From Spirochaetota bacterium (lineage in GTDB: Bacteria > Spirochaetota > UBA4802 > UBA5550), in contig CAXXHB010000003.1 of the NCBI GenBank assembly GCA_963664815.2, forward strand, positions 3,392,001-3,456,000: a DNA stretch of 64,000 nt, in the 5' to 3' direction. A program made the position numbers and the translations under genes. The notes below the pieces were generated by a model, which was given only the letters and a program-made list of their open reading frames with translations, was not told the DNA's origin and ran no database searches. Positions 39,183 through 48,291 of this stretch are shown one piece after another; within the stretch, counting starts at the first letter, position 1; each line of letters starts with the position of its first letter.

Positions 39183-40526
39183 TTACGCAATCATCTTGTT
39201 GCTTTTAACCCATATCTTCTGAGCTTCCGCCTGTTTTACAAGTTCATCCTTTACTGCAGGGTGAGCTATATTTATAAGCTCCTCCGCTCTCTGCCATGTT
39301 GATTTACCCTTCATCATTGCAATCCCATATTCCGTAACAATGTAGCTTGTTATACTTCTTGGTATTGTGGCTATCGCGCCAGGAGGCAATACCGGAGTAA
39401 TTCTTGAAACAATCCTGCCATCAACCTCGTTGGCAGACTTAAGGCATATAAGGCCTTTACCACCATTGGAACGGTATGCTCCGAAAATAAAATCAAACTG
39501 CCCGCCTGTACCTGATATCTGTCTTACTCCGGAGGATTCGGAACAGACCTGCCCGTAAAGGTCAACCTCAACCGCATTATTAATGGCTATGACATTATCA
39601 TTCTGGGCTATCCTGAATGGATCGTTAGTATAACTTACCGGATAGGTGGCGCATACAGGATTTTTATCAAGAAAATCATAAAGCTTCTTTGTACCCATCG
39701 CAAAAGTATAAACAATTTTTCCTTTATCGACATTCTTGTATTTACCTGTAATCCTTCCATTGTTATACATATCAACAAATGAATCTACAAGCATCTCTGT
39801 ATGTACTCCAAGATCTTTCAGATCAGAATTGGCGATCATATCACCTACTATATTCGGCATTGCTCCGATCCCCAGCTGGAGACATGCCCTGTCCGGAATT
39901 TCATCCATGACAATCTGGGCTATTTTTCTGTCAACATCGGTTACCGGTGTATCAGGAAGCTGAATCAACGGCTTGTTGTCGCCATGTACAAGATAGTCTA
40001 TCTGCGAAATGTGAATAGATTCTCTTGCACCTCCAAGGCACTGAGGAATGGCTGTGTTGACCTCAGCTATAACTACTTTTGAAGCATCAACCATCGACAT
40101 GGAGATGGAATTGCTTGTCCCAAGATTAAAAAAACCCGCCTTGTCCATAGGTCCTACTTTAATCATCGCAACATCAGGCTTTACGTATCCCCTTTCAAAA
40201 AATGAAGGTCCCTCGTGATATGTCAGAGATATATAGTTGCATAGATCGTTATCATGCGATCTTCTGCTTGCACCGCTGAAATGCCAGTCATTAAATATGA
40301 AATGACTTCTGTCCGGATCCTTTTGTACAACCTGCGGTACATAGGGACAGCAGACAGCACGGACCTCAACATTATGAAGTTCATCCTTCCTTGCAGCCAG
40401 AGCCGCGTCAAGAACGTGTGAATTCATGACAAACTCACCATAATGCACCAAATCCCCGGATTTTACGACCTTCACCGCATCATCGGCGGCAACCAGTTTC
40501 TTCTGATATTCCATTTTCAAATCCAT
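39183..40526 (-). CDS. Butyryl-CoA:acetate CoA-transferase-like protein
   Basis: LQLGIGAMPN, GVHTEML, QISGTGGQFDF, IVTEYG, IAHP. Confidence 0.9.
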   Translation of the reverse strand: MDLKMEYQKKLVAADDAVKVVKSGDLVHYGEFVMNSHVLDAALAARKDELHNVEVRAVCCPYVPQVVQKDPDRSHFIFNDWHFSGASRRSHDNDLCNYISLTYHEGPSFFERGYVKPDVAMIKVGPMDKAGFFNLGTSNSISMSMVDASKVVIAEVNTAIPQCLGGARESIHISQIDYLVHGDNKPLIQLPDTPVTDVDRKIAQIVMDEIPDRACLQLGIGAMPNIVGDMIANSDLKDLGVHTEMLVDSFVDMYNNGRITGKYKNVDKGKIVYTFAMGTKKLYDFLDKNPVCATYPVSYTNDPFRIAQNDNVIAINNAVEVDLYGQVCSESSGVRQISGTGGQFDFIFGAYRSNGGKGLICLKSANEVDGRIVSRITPVLPPGAIATIPRSITSYIVTEYGIAMMKGKSTWQRAEELINIAHPAVKDELVKQAEAQKIWVKSNKMIA

Positions 40527-40643
40527 TACAGACCCCCTTAATATTCAGCAGCTATTTCCTGATATTCTTTCAAAGAAAGTATTCAGCTATATAAACGCCC
40601 GGTATTACTGGTATTATTATAGATTCATTTGGAATTTATGACA

Positions 40644-40732
40644 ATCAGGTATATTAGTATTTATTCTATCAGGTGGATCAGTATTTATTTTATAGGTGTA
40701 CTTCTGAATTCACTGATAGGGTTTTCTCCGAT
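40644..40732. promoter_or_regulatory. 24-bp-phased ATCAGG/ATAGG motif array; candidate response-regulator sites
   Basis: Motif starts at 40644, 40668, 40692, 40716; homologous to 43009..43073. Confidence 0.55.
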
Positions 40733-40846
40733 AGTTTCAGCATAATTCTGTTTTTCAGTGTTTCAGAAATTATATAATAAACGATTTCCATTTATCAGGT
40801 AAAGCTTTAAAATCTCAGACTGAACAAACTAAATTTATCCGAACAG

Positions 40847-40876
40847 AAAAAAAAGAGGCCGAAGCCTCTTTTTTTT
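40847..40876 (-). terminator. Intrinsic terminator after the acyl-CoA dehydrogenase gene
   Basis: A8-gaggc-cgaa-gcctc-T8; cUUCGg tetraloop on the - strand. Confidence 0.85.
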
Positions 40877-40901
40877 GTTCCTTTCATATATAATGAGCTT
40901 T

Positions 40902-42776
40902 TTATTCTTCCAGTGCTCCGGTAAATATTGCGCTTCCAGCCTTGACTACCGATGTTTCACCGGAAAGAAGATAATCTGCATAACCGAAAAATTTCTGGAA
41001 CTCAGCGCCAAGATAGAACTGACCGGATAAAACCCGACCTGTATAATATGCCGCTTCAGTATTTTCTGCAATCAGCTTTTCACGATCTGCACCTGTTTTA
41101 AAACCTGTCAGCTCCTTCATTTTTCTTGCAGCTATTGATATACCCCACAGGTGCATCCATGCATATGTCAGTTTTGTAAATGCCTGCTGCAGTGGTGTCG
41201 CATTTGCAAAAATACTCAGATATTGCCCCTTTGCCATATCGTTTTTCAGCAATAAAATTACTTCATCCATTTTAACGATAGCTTTCTCCATTGAGATAAG
41301 ATATTTATCATCGATAACCCCTTTTGCAGTCATCATTGTTTCCAGAATTTTCTTTTTAAAAACACAGTAGTTTTTCTGATCTTTATTCATAAGGATTTTT
41401 CTCATTGTAAGATCCATGGACTGAATACCATTGGTACCCTCGTAGATTGCCAGAATCTTGGCGTCCCTGGCATACTGTTCCACAGGGTAATCACAGCAGA
41501 AACCGTATCCACCGTATGTCTGAATCGCATCTGCAGTTACCTCCCAGGCTGTATCAGTATTACCGGCTTTGTTGACAGGAATCAGAAGTTCTACAAGCGC
41601 TTTTGCATCTTCCTGCTGTTCTTCAGTTCCAAGATGAGACAGATCATGCAGATAAGCAAGATAATATGTGAGAGATCTCATCGCCTCCACCTTCGATTTC
41701 ATTGATAGCAGCATCCTTTTCACATCAGGATGGTTGATAATAGGCACACCCTTCGCTTCAGGGTTGAGCATATGTGCCACATCGGCCCCCTGGATTCTGT
41801 TTCTTGCATATGTAACTGCATGCATATACGCGGCACTCGAAACAGACCCACCCTGGCTGCCGACATAGAGTCTCGCCTCGTTCATCATCTGAAACATAAT
41901 TTTCATTCCCTGCCTCTCCTTCCCGAGAAGAAGCCCCCTGCATTTACCCTCGTCTCCGAAATTCATGGTACATGTTGCAGATGCCGTTATTCCCATCTTA
42001 TGCTCAATACCGGAACATGTAACATCGTTAAACTCACCCATTGAACCGTCCTTGTTTACCCAGTACTTGGGTACCACAAATATTGAAACTCCCTTAGTAC
42101 CTGCGGGATCACCTTCTATGCGCGCGAGAACCGGGTGTACCATATTCTTGTAATAATTATTATCTCCGGAAGATATAAATATTTTCTGTCCTACAATGTT
42201 GTAAGTCCCGTCAGAATTTTTTATTGCTTTGGTTTTAAGAGCTCCCACGTCAGATCCTGCATCCGGCTCTGTGAGGCACATGGTTCCGCCCCATTCACCC
42301 GAAAGCATTTTTTCTATCATAACATCTTTATCTTTACCCTCAGGCATAAAGTTAACATACATATTCATCGCGCCGACAGTGAGCATGGGATACATGGAAA
42401 ATGCCACGCCCGCAGCTGTAAAGAAATCGGTACATGCATAGTACATGGGCATAGGCATCCCCATTCCGCCAATCGCCTGCTCATTTGCCAGACCGATAAA
42501 ACCAGCCTCATAATATGCATCAAGACCGCTTCTGAACCCCTCGGGAATAGTAACCTCTTTTGTTGCCGGATTGTATTGTGCATGAGTTTTGTCTGATTCC
42601 TGATTAATAGGGTAAACCTTTTCAACAGCTATCTTCTCGGCCAGGCTGATAACCTCCTCGAAAGTGTCTCTGTCAAAATCGGAAAATTTAGAATACTTGT
42701 TTAATTCATCAACCTTAAGCATTTCAAATAAAATAAAACGTACATCTCTTGAATCGATAATTGGATTTAATGCCAT
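40902..42776 (-). CDS. Acyl-CoA dehydrogenase (about 600 aa type)
   Basis: GTMCLTEPDAGSD, GQKIFIS, IEHKMG, QTYGGYG, IYEGTNGIQ. Confidence 0.93.
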   Translation of the reverse strand: MALNPIIDSRDVRFILFEMLKVDELNKYSKFSDFDRDTFEEVISLAEKIAVEKVYPINQESDKTHAQYNPATKEVTIPEGFRSGLDAYYEAGFIGLANEQAIGGMGMPMPMYYACTDFFTAAGVAFSMYPMLTVGAMNMYVNFMPEGKDKDVMIEKMLSGEWGGTMCLTEPDAGSDVGALKTKAIKNSDGTYNIVGQKIFISSGDNNYYKNMVHPVLARIEGDPAGTKGVSIFVVPKYWVNKDGSMGEFNDVTCSGIEHKMGITASATCTMNFGDEGKCRGLLLGKERQGMKIMFQMMNEARLYVGSQGGSVSSAAYMHAVTYARNRIQGADVAHMLNPEAKGVPIINHPDVKRMLLSMKSKVEAMRSLTYYLAYLHDLSHLGTEEQQEDAKALVELLIPVNKAGNTDTAWEVTADAIQTYGGYGFCCDYPVEQYARDAKILAIYEGTNGIQSMDLTMRKILMNKDQKNYCVFKKKILETMMTAKGVIDDKYLISMEKAIVKMDEVILLLKNDMAKGQYLSIFANATPLQQAFTKLTYAWMHLWGISIAARKMKELTGFKTGADREKLIAENTEAAYYTGRVLSGQFYLGAEFQKFFGYADYLLSGETSVVKAGSAIFTGALEE

Positions 42777-43008
42777 ATTTCCCCCCTAAAGTATTGGTTT
42801 TGCCAAGATATTGTGCCACGTAGCGTAGTTAAACTAATGAATTTAATCAATCTTTTTTTGTTTAATTAAGATAATTGTCATAAAAAAATATTAATACTAC
42901 TAAATATTGAAATAAAATTGACACACAATTAGACTGACAAATTCAGTTAAATGTACATGTATTTACAAACTGATAATAATACTATAAGTAATGCGGGAAA
43001 TTACGGCA

Positions 43009-43073
43009 ATCGGGCAAAGCAGTATTTATATTATAGGGTTACATATGAAATATTTGATAGGGTTTCCCCCGAT
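43009..43073. promoter_or_regulatory. 24-bp-phased ATCGGG/ATAGGG motif array; candidate response-regulator sites
   Basis: Motif starts at 43009, 43033, 43057; 43020..43073 matches 40679..40732 at 43/54 positions by hand. Confidence 0.55.
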
Positions 43074-43159
43074 GAGTAACCGGTTTTCTATTTAAAAACA
43101 ATACTTCAACAACGTGATTCCACACCAGTTAAAGCGTTATTCATCCTACCGGAAAATTT

Positions 43160-43831
43160 TTATTTTCTGCGGGTAATCTCCCACTGCGAAGCGTGCTGAA
43201 TAAGTTCTGTAGCATTTTTCAGATTTAATTTCTCTTTAATATGTTCGCGATATGTATCAACCGTTTTAACGCTTAGACGCAGTTTCTCTGCTATCTGCCG
43301 GGTTTCATGACCACTCCCTATCAATTCAAATACCTGCAGTTCACGATCGGTAAGAGTTGAAATTCTTGAATCACAATACTCTTCAGTTTTACCTACAGCT
43401 TTTCTGAGAAGCTGGTTTCTAATTCTTTCACTTGCATATATCTCTCCGGCAATAACAGTCCTGATAGCTTTAACAATCACGTCTGATGCTTCCTGTTTCA
43501 TTATATACCCGGTTGCTCCGGCGGCAAATGCCCTTTCAGCATAAAAGTTTTCATCAAAGACTGAAAGTACAAGTACCGGAACTTTCTGATCCGAACGTCG
43601 GATATACTTTATAAGATCTATTCCGCTCATATCGTTCAGAGATATATCGACAATAATTACATCAGCCGTTTCCTTTTTCAGGTATTCGAGGGCTTTATCT
43701 CCGCTGTCAGCTTCTTTGCATATAAACATATCCTCCAGCTGGGATATCATCATGCAAAGCCCCATTCTGACAATAGAATGATCTTCCACTATGAGCACTG
43801 AATGCTTTTTTGTTCTGCCAAAACCCGGCAT
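43160..43831 (-). CDS. NarL/FixJ-family response regulator
   Basis: IVEDH, IVDISL, GYIMK, LTDRELQVF..LSVKTVDTYR. Confidence 0.93.
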   Translation of the reverse strand: MPGFGRTKKHSVLIVEDHSIVRMGLCMMISQLEDMFICKEADSGDKALEYLKKETADVIIVDISLNDMSGIDLIKYIRRSDQKVPVLVLSVFDENFYAERAFAAGATGYIMKQEASDVIVKAIRTVIAGEIYASERIRNQLLRKAVGKTEEYCDSRISTLTDRELQVFELIGSGHETRQIAEKLRLSVKTVDTYREHIKEKLNLKNATELIQHASQWEITRRK

Positions 43832-43866
43832 TGTTTACCTCGGCTTTTCCTTTATTGTACTTTTAA

Positions 43867-46062
43867 TCATTTCTGTAAAGAACAGAGAATTCTTGCCCCG
43901 GGTGAGTCCGGATTATTCTCAATCCTTATCTTTGCCCCGATCAACTTCGCTCTGAAATTCATAAGCTTAAGCCCAAGTCCTTCAGTATCACGGAAGTTTA
44001 CCCCCTCAAAACCTTTTCCATTATCACTGACCTCAACCTCACTCTTCCCGTCCCTGTTCCTGAGGCTTATAACAATTCTGTCAGCTGCTCCATGTTTAAC
44101 CGCGTTATGAACTGCTTCATTGACTATGTAATACAATTCAGTTGCCCTCATAACATCAACATCTGCCGGATCACAATCCTCTTCAAAAACACATGAAATA
44201 TCATGAAGCTCGCTAATTGATGCTGCCAGGTTTTTAAATGCGCTTGGCAGACCCTCATAATCAATCTCTACAAGAAAAAGACCTTTAAGAAGTTTTTTCG
44301 TAAGGGTAAGGGATTCCCCTATGAGTTTGTAAATTTTCTTAATATCACTTATCTCAATAGATTTTCCCCTCTTTTTTTTCATCTCCAGGCTTCGGATTAT
44401 AAGAGATATGCCTGTAAGATACTGGATCAGGTTATCATGAAGAAGCTCACCCACACGCTGCTGCTCACGTTTACTTATTTCGTTTATCTGTTTCAAAAGA
44501 TAATTATATTCAGTCATATCAATAAGGGTAACGACATACTGGGAATTATACGGAACCAGCGCAGTAAGACAGAAAACATCCTTTACTTCACCCGTTTTAT
44601 ACTTAAGCTTGAACTCATTCTTATTAATCAGAGAAGCCTCATCTGCCCCAAGGTCCCTTGCATTTTTTCTTATTTCCCTGACATATTCCGGAGTAACAAA
44701 ATCCTTCCATGTCATCTTCCCTTCAATCTGTTCTTTTGTGTAGCCTGAAAGAGTCACCATCCCATTATTTACAAGAGTCATCACGTCGTTCTCTACAATA
44801 CCCATAGCGGAACCTGTACATTCAAAAACAGTTTTGTACATCTCCTCGGAAAGCCTTAATGCATCTTCAAGAATCATTTTCTCTGTTATATCAAAGAAAA
44901 TAGAAATTATGCATGTTTCTCCATCCAGGGTTATCGGTTCGGCGGAATATATATAATTATGCAGATCACCGTTTTGATGTCTGAATACTATCTCGATGTT
45001 TCTTACCGACTTCCCTTCTTTTATAGGTGAAATATTTTTTTCCCTCGCTTCACGAGGTTCCCAGATATTTATATCAAATACAGTCTTTCCGACAATTTCA
45101 CTGCGGTTATATCCTGTAGTTCTTATAAACTGATCGTTCACCTCCACGATTCTGCCGCTCTCAAGCGCGGTTACGCTGATACTGATAGGCGCCAGCTGAA
45201 ACGAGCGTGAAAATTTCTCCTCGGAAATTCTGAGCGCAGATTCAAGCTTTTTTCTTTCAGTAATATCGAAAAAGTTTGATATTATACAGTCAATACCCTC
45301 TATAGAAATAGGTTCGGCAGAGTAGATATAGTTATGCAGATCACCGTTTTTATGCCTGAATACTATCTCCTTATTCTTAACAGCTCTCCCGTAAAGCAGT
45401 GGCGCGATTATTTCATCTCGCAACTGCGGAGGCGCCCATATTTTAACGTCATGCACAGTCTTCCCCACAACCTCAGATCGTTTGAACCCGGTATTATTTA
45501 AAAATTCATCGTTAACTTCTATTATTGTCCCTTCCGTCAGGGTTGTAATTGTAAGGCTTATCGGTGCGAGGTGAAAGGAACGGGAATACTTCTCTTCAGA
45601 AATACGTAAAGCATCATCAATATCTTTTTTACGTAAAATATATTCCTGCCCGGGTATTTCTTTTATAACACAACAGATAAAGGCATTTTCAGTATCCAGA
45701 CTTAAACAAAATTTTGATATGATAGTTCTTGAAGTACCATTCAGTGATCTGATCCTGAGAATAAATTCAGATTCTTCAGCAACTTTTCCGGTTTGCAGAA
45801 AATTCACTATGAACTTGCGGATTTTATCAACAATATCACCATTTTCATCATCCAGATCCCGCAATCGGCTTATGGTTTTATTAAAAGATATTTCAACAGC
45901 ATCATCCTGTATTATACCTGTTAACCTTTCCATGACAGGATTCCATAGTTTTATTATCCCCTCATTATCAACAAGGATAATACCATCACTTATATAATCT
46001 GATATTTCCTTTATAATACCAGATTTCAGTTGTCCGGATGAGTATATGCCGTCATTGCTCAT
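43867..46062 (-). CDS. Cytoplasmic multi-PAS sensor histidine kinase (HisKA_3 type)
   Basis: Four PAS-like repeats, ELLHD, EAVHNAVKH, DNGKG, GLGL. Confidence 0.92.
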   Translation of the reverse strand: MSNDGIYSSGQLKSGIIKEISDYISDGIILVDNEGIIKLWNPVMERLTGIIQDDAVEISFNKTISRLRDLDDENGDIVDKIRKFIVNFLQTGKVAEESEFILRIRSLNGTSRTIISKFCLSLDTENAFICCVIKEIPGQEYILRKKDIDDALRISEEKYSRSFHLAPISLTITTLTEGTIIEVNDEFLNNTGFKRSEVVGKTVHDVKIWAPPQLRDEIIAPLLYGRAVKNKEIVFRHKNGDLHNYIYSAEPISIEGIDCIISNFFDITERKKLESALRISEEKFSRSFQLAPISISVTALESGRIVEVNDQFIRTTGYNRSEIVGKTVFDINIWEPREAREKNISPIKEGKSVRNIEIVFRHQNGDLHNYIYSAEPITLDGETCIISIFFDITEKMILEDALRLSEEMYKTVFECTGSAMGIVENDVMTLVNNGMVTLSGYTKEQIEGKMTWKDFVTPEYVREIRKNARDLGADEASLINKNEFKLKYKTGEVKDVFCLTALVPYNSQYVVTLIDMTEYNYLLKQINEISKREQQRVGELLHDNLIQYLTGISLIIRSLEMKKKRGKSIEISDIKKIYKLIGESLTLTKKLLKGLFLVEIDYEGLPSAFKNLAASISELHDISCVFEEDCDPADVDVMRATELYYIVNEAVHNAVKHGAADRIVISLRNRDGKSEVEVSDNGKGFEGVNFRDTEGLGLKLMNFRAKLIGAKIRIENNPDSPGARILCSLQK

Positions 46063-46242
46063 TAATTTTAATATATACAATTTTAATTTTTTTTCAAGTG
46101 ATATTTTATATCATTTCTTTCATTTGACAAACTCCATTCTGTTTAAAGTTCATCATGCAGCAATATTTCATTATATCAACGGGTAATAAAACAATCACGC
46201 ATTCAGATTATATCCGCATATTTATAGAAATAATTACTCCCG

Positions 46243-46803
46243 CTATTCTTGAAGCTTTTTGACCATATCTGAAAACTTGCTGTAAAACTCTTTAAGCTGA
46301 TCATCTTCCCGCAGCGCCCTGAGAGACGGTTCCTTACCGTCAATAATATCCTGAATATGCTGAGTAATAACGTAAATCGGTCCTGAAATTGTATGTGTAA
46401 GCCTTATTAAATAATAGAAGAGAACAATCCCCATGATAATCATAAAACCGGCGATAATGGAAATTACCACAAAGTTTGAATTAAGAAGCCCGGTTAATAC
46501 GGCAATATGAGTTTCAATAATTTTTATGCTTTGATTATGATCGTCAGAAATTTTCTGTGATTCCAGCTGAATTTCTGAATTTGCCGTGATGTCTGAATAT
46601 TTTATAAATGCCTTAACAATATTCTGTTCAGTATTAATTGCACCATTGAGATCTTTAATAGTTCCATTAATCTTTTTGTCAGTTGCAATATTATGTATTA
46701 TCATCAGTATCAGGATGATGAAAAAAGCAATAAAGTAAAAACGTATTATAGAAAATGCTGTTTTAAGCTGAAGTTTTTTATCGATAAGTATTTTCCTTTT
46801 CAT
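46243..46803 (-). CDS. Two-TM membrane protein with C-terminal HAMP-like segment
   Basis: Two hydrophobic helices; ISGPIY...LREDDQL. Confidence 0.65.
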   Translation of the reverse strand: MKRKILIDKKLQLKTAFSIIRFYFIAFFIILILMIIHNIATDKKINGTIKDLNGAINTEQNIVKAFIKYSDITANSEIQLESQKISDDHNQSIKIIETHIAVLTGLLNSNFVVISIIAGFMIIMGIVLFYYLIRLTHTISGPIYVITQHIQDIIDGKEPSLRALREDDQLKEFYSKFSDMVKKLQE

Positions 46804-46938
46804 TAAATTTCTCCCTGTAAATTCAATTTCTCAATTAAATATGTAAAAAAATTATCAAGTCAAGCAAAAAGCCTTGTAAAATAACAATTGTTATGAAATT
46901 ATTCTTTTTAAAACTTTTAACATCAAGTCTGAATTAAA

Positions 46939-47787
46939 ATGAAAAAAATATTATATATAATAATTATTTCAACAATTCTGAAGCCGGCTTTTTTATCATC
47001 CGCTCCCAACCATGGGCCTTTGATAAAAGCTTTCTACGCCCCTTACGGTGCCGGCTCATATAATGTACCTTATGATAAAACATTAAACGGCGGATATGAT
47101 AATGATCTTGCTGCAGATTCAGCTGATAATAAAGATAATCAGATGAAAACACTCCATGGATATTCTGTCTCATGCGGATATTTCCACGACTGGATTCAGG
47201 GAGATATAAGTTATTCGGCTGTAAGAACGGATAACCAGTATATAAAAGAAATTTCCTCAAAGGGGACTGAATATTATGCAGATGCATCCTTATGGAATCT
47301 GGATGCAAGGCTCGGTTATCGCTTTAACAATCCTGGAGATACTTCATATAAATGGTTATATCTCGGGATGAGAAGAACAAATTTTGATATTCCCTTTAAT
47401 CATACTGAAATCAATGCAACCGGTTTACTGGCAGGATTTTATGGTTTCAGCAGTTTCGGTTTTGACTGGCCATTCGAACTTGTTCTTACTTACGACATTA
47501 ATTTTGTTTTTTACCGCAGCAACTATAACCATTTAAAAACAGATATAAAGATGGATGCCAACAATAAAAAAGCCGTAGATTTAGGATTATCGGCAGGGAT
47601 AGGCGTTCAGTACGAGCCATGGGACATTGCCATAATATTTAAAATTTACCCTTTTATCAGCGATAAATATTATGAAGAAGATTATCCCGGCAGCAATAGA
47701 AATACTACGGCAAACATGAGTGGTACATTAGTCGGAATAGAAATTGTTTTTACCATACCGGAATATAAGAATAATATTGTTGAATAA
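46939..47787 (+). CDS. Exported hypothetical protein, probable beta-barrel
   Basis: Signal peptide; alternating aromatic/Gly strands. Confidence 0.6.
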   Translation: MKKILYIIIISTILKPAFLSSAPNHGPLIKAFYAPYGAGSYNVPYDKTLNGGYDNDLAADSADNKDNQMKTLHGYSVSCGYFHDWIQGDISYSAVRTDNQYIKEISSKGTEYYADASLWNLDARLGYRFNNPGDTSYKWLYLGMRRTNFDIPFNHTEINATGLLAGFYGFSSFGFDWPFELVLTYDINFVFYRSNYNHLKTDIKMDANNKKAVDLGLSAGIGVQYEPWDIAIIFKIYPFISDKYYEEDYPGSNRNTTANMSGTLVGIEIVFTIPEYKNNIVE

Positions 47788-47820
47788 TTAAAATGCATGG
47801 AAAACCGGGAGGAACTGCCA

Positions 47821-48291
47821 GTGAGACATACTTTTAACTTTATAATAATATTAGTCCTGATACTCACAGGATGTGCTTCAGCCTCTTATGAAGAGAACAA
47901 TATACCCGATAGAATCGGCGGAGATTCCAAAACCATGTTACTCAACTATGAAAACAGGGTAAAAACATACGACAGTTCAAACACAGAATCTCACATGAAA
48001 ATATACCTTGAGATTGAAAAACCATATATAATCAGCACCCCGGAATTAAAGAAGCCTGAAAAAATATATAGTATCGCAGCAGTAGAAGGAACAGCAATAT
48101 TCCGAATTGATATAGGTGAAAAGGGAACTATTCTGGGTGTAAAACAGATAATGTCAGCAGGCCTTGGACTGGATGAACTTGCAGCGGATATACTCAAACA
48201 GATCAGTGTTGAACCATCATATATGGCAGGTAAACCCTGTAATTCAACTGCAGATATCAAAATTAAATTCCGGGCAGATAAAATTCAGTGA
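47821..48291 (+). CDS. Short TonB C-terminal domain protein with lipobox
   Basis: GTG start after GGAGG; LTGC; VEGTAIFRIDIGEKG, GLGLDELA, PSYMAGKP. Confidence 0.75.
   Translation: MRHTFNFIIILVLILTGCASASYEENNIPDRIGGDSKTMLLNYENRVKTYDSSNTESHMKIYLEIEKPYIISTPELKKPEKIYSIAAVEGTAIFRIDIGEKGTILGVKQIMSAGLGLDELAADILKQISVEPSYMAGKPCNSTADIKIKFRADKIQ

Noticed and set aside
40644-40732. 24-bp periodic repeats as a CRISPR or mini-array
   Set aside because: The units are degenerate and directly abutting, with no repeat-spacer structure and no cas genes
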